Assembly: GCA_964591175.1 (NCBI GenBank)
Contig: CAZQAF010000011.1
Span: 3,208-67,207, forward strand
Length of the DNA stretch: 64,000 bases
DNA from: an uncultured Desulfobacteraceae bacterium
Lineage (GTDB): Bacteria; Desulfobacterota; Desulfobacteria; Desulfobacterales; UBA11574
Direction of reading: 5' to 3'
The translations under genes were made by a program, and so were the position numbers. This document shows positions 1-7,412 of this stretch, piece after piece. Position 1 is the stretch's first letter, and every line of letters begins with the position of its first letter. The notes beneath the pieces were generated by a model, which did no database searches, was not told the DNA's origin, and saw nothing but the letters and a program-made list of their open reading frames with translations.

Positions 1-343
1 GTTGACCGGGGTCCCGGTAAAGGTGTCCGTTATTTAGTTCTACCTCAAATGATCGTAAACAAAACGATGAGGAATATTAAAAGTCCAAAAATACAGGGTC
101 TTGCGCTTCTATTAATCGGTTGCGATAAAACGGGCATAGAAAAGTTATTATCAGCCGTTTTTTTTCATCATTTTGTTTACCCTTTGGGAAAGCCGATGAT
201 GCTCCATCTCCTTTGTTATCAAGGGTTCGCAGTAGACGACTACGACTTCACCCTTGATGCCTCGGATATGGGGCACGCTCAACTTTCACTCAATTGAGGT
301 TCTATCTTGGATTAAAACCAGATCGCCGAGGAGATTATATTTC

Positions 344-3300
344 ATGTTTGAGTTTTTCTACAAGCGGCCCCATATGTTATACAGCATCATTGCCGCCTTT
401 TTTGTCATGGGACTGATCGGGCTGATCGTCATGCCGAAAAACCTTTTTCCGGATGCCGAAAGGCCCCAGGTTGTCGTGATTTCACAGGTTCCCGGCGCAA
501 CGCCCGATGTGGTTGCATCCACGGTTTCAAAGCCGATCGAACAGGAAATCAGCACGCTGGGACTTGTCCGGGATATCAGCTCGGTCAATATCGCCGGTAT
601 TTCTGTGGTCAAAGCCGAGTTTGAGTATGAAAAAGGCTTAAACTCGGCGGCGGTTGATGTCAACAATTCCTTGAATAAGATAAAAGCAAAACTTCCTCCC
701 AACGTAAATCCTTCCATCTACATTGCAGGTGCCTTCACACTGCCGGTGGATATTTTTGCGTTAAGCCCCGCAAATAAATCCGTATCCCTTGGAGATATCA
801 GAAAGATTGTTGAAAGCGACATCAAGCCCGCATTGTTGAGAGACCCGGCCGTCGGGAATGTGGAAGTGTTTGGCGGTTACGAGGGTGCTTTTCTCATTGA
901 ACTTGATCCGTTAAAGAGCAGAAGTTATAATATCAGTCCCGATAATGTTATTAATTCCCTGGGACAATTTAATAAAAATCTTCCCATCGGATTTGTCAAA
1001 GGGGATAACCGATTCTATACACTCACCTTTTACGGAGAAAGAGATCGCGTTGAAAACCTGAAGAATCTTTATGTGGCACCCAATGTCAGGCTGGCTGATA
1101 TTTCAACGGTGAATTGGAGCTATCAAAAACGATTTTCAGGTTATCTGGGCAACGGAAAAGAAGCCATTGCCGTCGCAATTCAGCGCACACCGGGAGGAAG
1201 CGTGCTGGCCACCAGCACGGCAGCGCGGAAGAACATCAAAGCTCTCGAACATCGATACCCGAATATTCATTTTGAAATTTCGGATACCCAGAGAGATCTA
1301 CTTCAGACCGCCAACCGGAACATGCTGGAAGCCTTGAGAGACGCCATTATTTTCACATTGATTGTGCTTCTCTTTTTTCTGGGGAATTTGAAAGCCATCA
1401 CCGCCGCCCTGATTTCCATCCCCATGGTATTTTTTTCCACGCTGGCCATTATCTGGCTCAGTGGCGGTGAATTAAATATCGTTGTTTATACTGCAATTAT
1501 TCTGGCCTTAGGCTTGCTCGTAGATGACGCGGTGGTTGTGCTTGAAAATATTGAGCGACATATGAGCGAACTCAAGGAAGAACTGGAAACTGCCATTGAG
1601 AAAGGGACAAAAGAGGTTATTGCACCTGTTTTTGCCGGAACCGTGGCCACCATATCCATCATAGCGCCCCTCATGTTCGTAGGAGACTTTCCTCAGCGTA
1701 TTTTCAGAAACCTGATCTCTGCTTTGATCATCGCTTTGCTCGCATCGTACTTTCTTTCCATTACGTTTATCCCCCATTTTTCAAAATTTTTATACCGAAA
1801 AGGAATAAAAAAAAATCGGTTCGAGAATCTTTGTGAAAGGCTTTATCAAAAATCCCTGGGGCGTTTGGTAAATCCCTATATTTCGGTGCTTAAATTTTCA
1901 AACGGCCGGCATTCACTGATACGAAAAATCCTCATGACCAGCGCTGTTTTTCTTTTTCTTATTTTAAGTTTAAAAACCATCATGCCGGTGATCGGAAAAG
2001 ACGTCATGCCACCCATGGATACGGGTATTATTAAGGCCAATATAAAATTCAGCGCCAATGAAACCGTTGATGAAGCCATCAACCGAATTCAGTCATTTAC
2101 AAAATGGCTGCATACACGACCCGAAGTTGAAAAAAGCTCCATTTCCTTCGGCAGTGAACCCGGTGTGCTTTCGCTGGGAAACGGCGCACTTCCCACCGAG
2201 GCGGTCATGAGCATCATTTGTGTGGACCGGTTTTCAAGAAAAAAAACACTGTGGCAGATCGAGGATGAAATAAGGGATCAGTTAGGACGTTTAAAAAATG
2301 TAAAAAGCGTTGACGTTTATGACTTTGGCGCCACGCCCATGTCTTCCATTAAAGCGCCGGTGGATGTGCGAATCTTCGGAGAAGATTATCGTGAACTGCC
2401 GGTGGTCGCCCAAAAGGTTAATATCGAACTCGCAAAGGTCAAAGGCTTGACTTCCACAAACATCAGTTGGGACAATGATTTTTCTGAAATCGTCCTTAAC
2501 ATTGATCAGAATAAAGCGCAGTATTATGGAATTTCTCCGGTTCAAATGGCCGGGCAACTGGCGCTGAAGGGGTTTCCGGTGTCCCTTAACGCCAACCTTT
2601 CCACCTTTACCGTACAACCGGTTCGGCTCTATTACCAAGGTCCGTATGGTGAAAATGCCGAGACGTTGAGACTGATCCCCATAAAAACACCAAAAGGGTT
2701 TGTCCCGCTCTCACAACTGGCGCAATTGAACTACTCTCTGACCCCATCAAAAATTGAGCGGGATATGATGCTTTACAGTATCGATGTAAATGGTTATCGG
2801 GCGAAACGTCCTGTCACCATCTTAACGGCTGATGCGATAGATTCCGGCAAGCATCTTGACACCTCCGGGTTTATCGTCAGCCAGGAGGGAGATATTAAAC
2901 AGTTGAACGACAGTTTCTCACGAATGATCAAGGCCATTGGAATCGGGGTTATCATCCTAACCTTTGCACTGATTTCTATTTATCGTTCCGTAGTGTTGGC
3001 TATGGTAATGATCGTTGTTTTGCCGCTGTCGATGATTGGCGCATCCTGGGGCATGCTGCTTTTCAACAAACCCAGTTGTATGCCGAGCATGGTGGGGATA
3101 CTTCTTCTATTTGGCATTATCATTAAAAATTCGGTTTTACTGGTTGATTTTTACCAGGAGCATCGAAAAACGGCAGCGCCTTTTGATGCAGCCGTAGAAA
3201 GTGTCAGAATCAGATATAGACCCGTTATGATGACGGCGTTCGGTACCATTGCAGGCATGATTCCCATAGCTCTTGAAAGAGCGGTGGGACTGGAAAGGCT

Positions 3301-3403
3301 GTCGCCTCTGGCAGATGTGGCTGTGGGGGGCCTCCTGATAGGAACGATACTGACGTTGATTTTTGTGCCCATGTTCGCCTACAGCTTTGACAGGAAAAGG
3401 TAA
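344..3403 (+). CDS. RND-family efflux transporter permease (AcrB/CzcA-like)
   Basis: ORF 254-3403. About 1020 aa, with an N-terminal TM helix (IIAAFFVMGLIGLIVMP), the RND-type motif LLVDDAVVVLENIERH and a second TM bundle near the C-terminus. Start moved to ATG 344, which has GAGGAG 10 nt upstream. Confidence 0.88.
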   Translation: MFEFFYKRPHMLYSIIAAFFVMGLIGLIVMPKNLFPDAERPQVVVISQVPGATPDVVASTVSKPIEQEISTLGLVRDISSVNIAGISVVKAEFEYEKGLNSAAVDVNNSLNKIKAKLPPNVNPSIYIAGAFTLPVDIFALSPANKSVSLGDIRKIVESDIKPALLRDPAVGNVEVFGGYEGAFLIELDPLKSRSYNISPDNVINSLGQFNKNLPIGFVKGDNRFYTLTFYGERDRVENLKNLYVAPNVRLADISTVNWSYQKRFSGYLGNGKEAIAVAIQRTPGGSVLATSTAARKNIKALEHRYPNIHFEISDTQRDLLQTANRNMLEALRDAIIFTLIVLLFFLGNLKAITAALISIPMVFFSTLAIIWLSGGELNIVVYTAIILALGLLVDDAVVVLENIERHMSELKEELETAIEKGTKEVIAPVFAGTVATISIIAPLMFVGDFPQRIFRNLISALIIALLASYFLSITFIPHFSKFLYRKGIKKNRFENLCERLYQKSLGRLVNPYISVLKFSNGRHSLIRKILMTSAVFLFLILSLKTIMPVIGKDVMPPMDTGIIKANIKFSANETVDEAINRIQSFTKWLHTRPEVEKSSISFGSEPGVLSLGNGALPTEAVMSIICVDRFSRKKTLWQIEDEIRDQLGRLKNVKSVDVYDFGATPMSSIKAPVDVRIFGEDYRELPVVAQKVNIELAKVKGLTSTNISWDNDFSEIVLNIDQNKAQYYGISPVQMAGQLALKGFPVSLNANLSTFTVQPVRLYYQGPYGENAETLRLIPIKTPKGFVPLSQLAQLNYSLTPSKIERDMMLYSIDVNGYRAKRPVTILTADAIDSGKHLDTSGFIVSQEGDIKQLNDSFSRMIKAIGIGVIILTFALISIYRSVVLAMVMIVVLPLSMIGASWGMLLFNKPSCMPSMVGILLLFGIIIKNSVLLVDFYQEHRKTAAPFDAAVESVRIRYRPVMMTAFGTIAGMIPIALERAVGLERLSPLADVAVGGLLIGTILTLIFVPMFAYSFDRKR

Positions 3404-3487
3404 TCCAAAAGAAATGTTATCTTGAATAATACCAGCATAGAGTCTTTCCGAAAACAAAATTAGAACGACAAGGGGGTAATTAGCCAA

Positions 3488-4429
3488 ATGAAATTAAAGC
3501 GCAACCATCATAAAAATGATCAAACAACAACGTTTCCCTGGTCTATATGGAGCAGCATCCCCCTGAATAAAAAAATATGGATATATCGGTTGGCTGTATT
3601 TTTAGCAATTTTTTTGACTTCGAATGCTTTATGCTATGCATCGGATCAGAAAGTCGAAAGTTTGAAACAACTGATAGAAATTTATGACCCGACAGATTGC
3701 CGGGAATGCCATGAAGAAATCTATGACCAATGGCAAAATTCCCATCATGCAAGATCCATCACAGGGATATTCATGGAACGGTACCTCAAGAAAGGTCCTT
3801 TCTCGGTGAAGAATCCCGGGCATGCCACCAAAAAGAATTTTCCCTGTTTTAAATGCCATCTTCCACAACTGGAGAAAGCAACCGATGCAGTGGCGGCAGA
3901 AATTGCCGGGGTTATTTTAAACGATGACAAAGCCACTATGAAAAAACTCAACATTTCCTGCCTGGTCTGTCACCAGGACAAAGCCGTGGTCCATGGTTTG
4001 CCGGAAAGCAATGTCATGTATGGTCCCAAGGCTAAAAAAGAATATCCTGAAAAAGAGCACATGAGGGTCAAAAAGAGTCCCTTCATGACGCAAGCTGCCA
4101 TGTGCGGCCAGTGCCACGGCTTAGGACCCATTTTTGAATTTGATTATCCCATTCAATGCGCCACGCTCTACGGAAGCTACCTGCATGCTTACATCCCGTC
4201 CGGCGGCACTCAAACCTGTCAGGAGTGCCACATGAAAAACGCCGACCATACCTGTCCACCCAACTTTAATGATAGAAAAGAGGTGTCGGAAAGACTGCGA
4301 CAAGCCCTGCCCCTCGAAGTGGAAGTATTGAGTTACCGGTTTCAGCCCTTTGAAAAAATATTTGTTTCAACCATTGTCGTTAAGACAAAGATCACCAGCA
4401 AGGCCGGACATAGAATTCCGGACGGCTGA
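3488..4429 (+). CDS. Pentahaem c-type cytochrome with N-terminal signal anchor; ends at an in-frame TGA
   Basis: Five CxxCH motifs (CRECH, CFKCH, CLVCH, CGQCH, CQECH). Hydrophobic N-terminus LAVFLAIFLTSNALCYA. AAGGGGG lies upstream of ATG 3488. Confidence 0.85.
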   Translation: MKLKRNHHKNDQTTTFPWSIWSSIPLNKKIWIYRLAVFLAIFLTSNALCYASDQKVESLKQLIEIYDPTDCRECHEEIYDQWQNSHHARSITGIFMERYLKKGPFSVKNPGHATKKNFPCFKCHLPQLEKATDAVAAEIAGVILNDDKATMKKLNISCLVCHQDKAVVHGLPESNVMYGPKAKKEYPEKEHMRVKKSPFMTQAAMCGQCHGLGPIFEFDYPIQCATLYGSYLHAYIPSGGTQTCQECHMKNADHTCPPNFNDRKEVSERLRQALPLEVEVLSYRFQPFEKIFVSTIVVKTKITSKAGHRIPDG

Positions 4430-4750
4430 CCTTCCAAGAATCGGGTGGTCCTGGAAGTGACCGCGACGGACAATAAATCAAAAGTTATATTTAAAACATC
4501 GAAGATCTACATGCCTCAGTCGACGACATCACTGGACAACACCATGGTGTACGGCCCTGACAAAAAGCTCGGAATCATCAGGGATACGAGCATTCAACCG
4601 TTTGCATCCAAAGAAGAAACATTTGAAATCAAGGTTCCTGAAAGCGTCAAAGATGTGAATGTCGCGGTCAGTCTCAGTTATCAGCTTCGGCCCGGGGATG
4701 TCTATCCGATCCAAAAGATCATAAAAAAGGTATCTGTTGGAACCCCGTAA
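4430..4750 (+). CDS. Probable C-terminal continuation of the cytochrome through UGA 4427-4429 (candidate Sec); otherwise a separate 101-aa ORF from GTG 4445
   Basis: Same reading frame as 3488-4429, with an open frame across the gap (PSKNR). No SD before GTG 4445. Hairpin 4431-4457 lies directly after the TGA. Confidence 0.5.
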   Translation, partial: PSKNRVVLEVTATDNKSKVIFKTSKIYMPQSTTSLDNTMVYGPDKKLGIIRDTSIQPFASKEETFEIKVPESVKDVNVAVSLSYQLRPGDVYPIQKIIKKVSVGTP

Positions 4751-4847
4751 TACTATATTTTTGGAATAAGGATGACGCATTATTTTTTTGTTGACATCGA
4801 TCTGTCGTTTGTGTACTACAATGTACCATAAGCAAGAGGCAATTATC

Positions 4848-4928
4848 ATGAAAACAAAATATTCAAACACATTGAACGGTGACATAATGATGTCCATGAT
4901 GCGTACCCGAGGTGCGCCCATGGATTGA
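4848..4928 (+). CDS. Candidate 26-aa Met-rich leader peptide (MKTKYSNTLNGDIMMSMMRTRGAPMD)
   Basis: ATG 4848 with AAGAGG 8 nt upstream. Six Met codons, including ATG ATG TCC ATG ATG at 4887-4901. The stop lies 23 nt before a terminator. Below the ORF-track size cutoff. Confidence 0.35.
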   Translation: MKTKYSNTLNGDIMMSMMRTRGAPMD

Positions 4929-4950
4929 TCATCTGGAATTTTTGATCGTT

Positions 4951-4993
4951 AAAGCCGTGGGTAATGAAAAAACCTGCGGCTTTTTTATTTTTT
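4951..4993 (+). terminator. Rho-independent terminator / attenuator hairpin
   Basis: Stem GCCGTGGG (4954-4961) pairs with CCTGCGGC (4973-4980), 8 bp including two G.U pairs, 11-nt loop, followed by TTTTTTATTTTTT. Confidence 0.6.
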
Positions 4994-5281
4994 AAGGAAC
5001 AATTATCGAATGTTTTTAACCCGCTTTACATCAAATATCTGCTTCATCGCCATACCTGTCCGGCTCCGCCTATGGATAATGACGGGGCTCCATTGGGAGC
5101 CGCATCATGGCAGTTTACCCTTATTTAAGTAGGAAACAAAAATATTTGCCACCAAGGCACAAAGACACGAAGGATTTTATTTTATTATTCTTTTTTAGTG
5201 TCTTGGTGTCTTTGTGGCGAGAAAAAATTGCCACAAAAAGTATAGAATTTAAAATTAAGAAACGAATAAGGAGATATACTC

Positions 5282-6469
5282 ATGGCCAAAACCATAGAAG
5301 AGATCAATGCCAAAATTCGATCCGGAAAAGTGGTGGTGTTCACCGCCGAAGAGATTATAGAAGTGGTCCGGGAAAAAGGGATCAAACAGGCTGCTCGGGA
5401 GGTGGATGTGGTGACCACCGGAACCTTCAGCCCCATGTGTTCTTCGGGCGCTTTTTTCAACATAAAACAGCAAAAACTAAAGATGAAGTTCGGCGGCGGA
5501 TTCGCCACTTTGAATGGCGTACCGGCGTATGCCGGCCTGGCAGCCGCCGACATCTACGTGGGGGCCACGGCGATTCCCGACGGCGATCCCCGCAACGGCA
5601 ACGGCCGCCCGGGAAAATTCCGGTATGGCGGCGCCCACGTCATCGAGGACCTGGTTGCCGGGAAAAAAGTCCTGCTCAAAAGCGGTGCTTATGGTACCGA
5701 TTGTTATCCGCTGAAAGCCCGGGAACAGACAATCGGACTGGAAGACATGAACGATGCATTCCTGTTCAACCCGAGAAACTGCTATCAGAACTATAATGTC
5801 GCCGTCAACCTTTCCGATAAACCTATATACACTTACATGGGAAAACTCAAACCCAAGCTGGGAAATGCATACTATTGCAGCGCCGGTCAACTGTCACCCT
5901 TGCTAAACGATCCGTATTTCCGTACCATCGGTATCGGCACCCGGGTATTTTTCTGCGGTGCAGAGGGCTATGTTGCCTGGCCCGGCACCCAGCACAATCC
6001 AACAGCGCCGAGGCTGGAAAACGGCACGCCGCAAACCCCGGCCGGAACCATTGCCCTGATCGGAGACATGAGGCAGATGAGTGGGGAATGGCTTCGGGCG
6101 GTTTCCTTTACCGGATATGGCGTAACACTGAGCGTGGCCGTGGGGGTTCCCATTCCCATTATAGACGAAGACATGTTGCGTTCGGTTTCCGTTACCGACG
6201 ACCAGCTCAAAGCGCCGGTGGTCGATTACAGTGAATATTATCCCTTGGGCCAAGGGGAAGCAAAACTCGGGGAGGTCACCTATCAGGCGCTGAAATCCGG
6301 AAGTATCCGCATCAAAGACCAAAAGGTGCCGACCGGATCTTTTTCCAGCTATGCTTTGGCCCGAAAGGTGGCCCATCATCTCAAACAGGTCATTGAAGAC
6401 GGCGATTTTTTGCTGACGCAATTCCAGGCGCCGCTCCCGGGTGCTGCAACAGAAAAGGAGGCCGCATAA
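5282..6469 (+). CDS. Homocysteine biosynthesis protein, DUF39/COG1900 family (aspartate-semialdehyde sulfurtransferase-like)
   Basis: N-terminal region VVVFTAEE...VDVVTTGTFSPMCSSGAFFN is typical of COG1900. AGGAG lies before ATG 5282. Paired with a NIL-ferredoxin gene. Confidence 0.85.
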   Translation: MAKTIEEINAKIRSGKVVVFTAEEIIEVVREKGIKQAAREVDVVTTGTFSPMCSSGAFFNIKQQKLKMKFGGGFATLNGVPAYAGLAAADIYVGATAIPDGDPRNGNGRPGKFRYGGAHVIEDLVAGKKVLLKSGAYGTDCYPLKAREQTIGLEDMNDAFLFNPRNCYQNYNVAVNLSDKPIYTYMGKLKPKLGNAYYCSAGQLSPLLNDPYFRTIGIGTRVFFCGAEGYVAWPGTQHNPTAPRLENGTPQTPAGTIALIGDMRQMSGEWLRAVSFTGYGVTLSVAVGVPIPIIDEDMLRSVSVTDDQLKAPVVDYSEYYPLGQGEAKLGEVTYQALKSGSIRIKDQKVPTGSFSSYALARKVAHHLKQVIEDGDFLLTQFQAPLPGAATEKEAA

Positions 6470-6885
6470 TGAAACAGACAAAACTGGTTTTTATTTTTCC
6501 TGAAGATACCGTTGAAGAGCCGGTAACCTACAACCTGATCGCCGATTACGGCGTCCGGGTGAATATTTTGCGCGCCAGCATCGATCCCGGGAAACAAGGA
6601 CGTATGGTGGTGGAATTGGGGGGCGAGGAAATTCAGATTTCTCAAGCCCTGAACTATCTGGAAAGCCTCGGTGTAGTGGTTGCGCCGTTGGCTCAGAAGA
6701 TCCGGCACCTCGAAGACCGCTGTACCGGCTGTACGGCCTGTGTGCCCCACTGCCCGACCCGGGCGCTGGACGTGGATCGTGATTCCTGGAAAGTATCCTT
6801 TGATTCTGAAAAGTGTATTGTTTGTTTCTCCTGTCTGGAAACCTGCGTTTATCACGCCATGTCAGTGGAAGAACAGTTTGCATAG
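6469..6885 (+). CDS. NIL domain plus 2x[4Fe-4S] ferredoxin protein (partner of the DUF39 protein)
   Basis: NIL-like N-terminus (LVFIFPEDTVEEPVTYNLIADYGVRVNILRASI). Cluster motifs CTGCTACVPHCP and CIVCFSCLETC. The start overlaps the upstream stop (TAATG). Confidence 0.85.
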   Translation: MKQTKLVFIFPEDTVEEPVTYNLIADYGVRVNILRASIDPGKQGRMVVELGGEEIQISQALNYLESLGVVVAPLAQKIRHLEDRCTGCTACVPHCPTRALDVDRDSWKVSFDSEKCIVCFSCLETCVYHAMSVEEQFA

Positions 6886-7022
6886 GAATTCGTGTTCCCT
6901 TGGCGCCGTAGCCGTACTTGGCGGCTGCGGCGCCAAGCTTCCGGTGTTCGCCCTGCTGGCTTTTCTGCTGGCCGTGACCGTATTTCAGGTCGGGCGATTC
7001 ATCGGTTTTTAAAGGAGCAAAA

Positions 7023-7205
7023 ATGGATACTTTCGCGGTTATTCTCATTGTCGGTCTGGCGATGTTCTACGTCGGCCGAAAATTTTTCAACAATCTTCGA
7101 AAAAGCGCGCAGCCATCCTGCGGCTGCGGTTGCAGCGCCTGTGATGTTCAAAGCATCTGCACGGATCCGGAAAATGCCGATAGTGCACCTTTTCACGTGA
7201 AATAA
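7023..7205 (+). CDS. FeoB-associated Cys-rich small membrane protein family
   Basis: 60 aa with one TM helix (FAVILIVGLAMFYVG), a basic stretch, then CGCGCSAC. No feoB in this window. Confidence 0.6.
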   Translation: MDTFAVILIVGLAMFYVGRKFFNNLRKSAQPSCGCGCSACDVQSICTDPENADSAPFHVK

Positions 7206-7412
7206 TAGTATCTGAAGCTTTTTTTAACATCGAGCGCCTGAACACATACGGGAGAAAATAATGTATCGATATTTAAAAGTATTTTCCGGAAACTCAAGCA
7301 AAGAACTTGCTGATGCGGGAACGCTTTTCACCTGATGGGCGCTATTTAAGGAACACACGGTCATTTAGGATTCGAAGCATTTATCGGACGGACACCGTGT
7401 CCTGATCTCGGG

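Noticed and set aside
1-297. Frame-1 open reading from the window edge to 297 (including track ORF 49-297), and a frame-2 fragment LTGVPVKVSVI-stop (2-37) that could be the end of an RND adaptor gene.
   Set aside because: The frame-1 product has no recognisable motif. The frame-2 fragment is only 11 codons. Neither can be supported from this window alone.
4994-5281. Looked for a SAM or SAH riboswitch upstream of the homocysteine genes.
   Set aside because: I could not find the conserved cores of SAM-I, SAM-II, SAM/SAH or SAH elements by eye. Only generic hairpins and the inverted repeat, reported separately, were found. A covariance-model scan is needed to be sure.
5107-6481. ORFs 5107-5796 (+), 5514-5714 (+), 5875-6234 (+), 5477-5890 (-) and 5903-6481 (-).
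   Set aside because: All overlap the DUF39 gene in other frames. They are Arg/Gly/Pro-rich shadow ORFs without SD or motifs.
7261-7335. 23-codon ORF MYRYLKVFSGNSSKELADAGTLFT, whose LKVFSGNSSKELA resembles the N-terminus of ribose-phosphate pyrophosphokinase (a possible prs gene remnant).
   Set aside because: There are only about 14 similar residues and no continuation in any frame. This is too short to support a pseudogene call without a database alignment.
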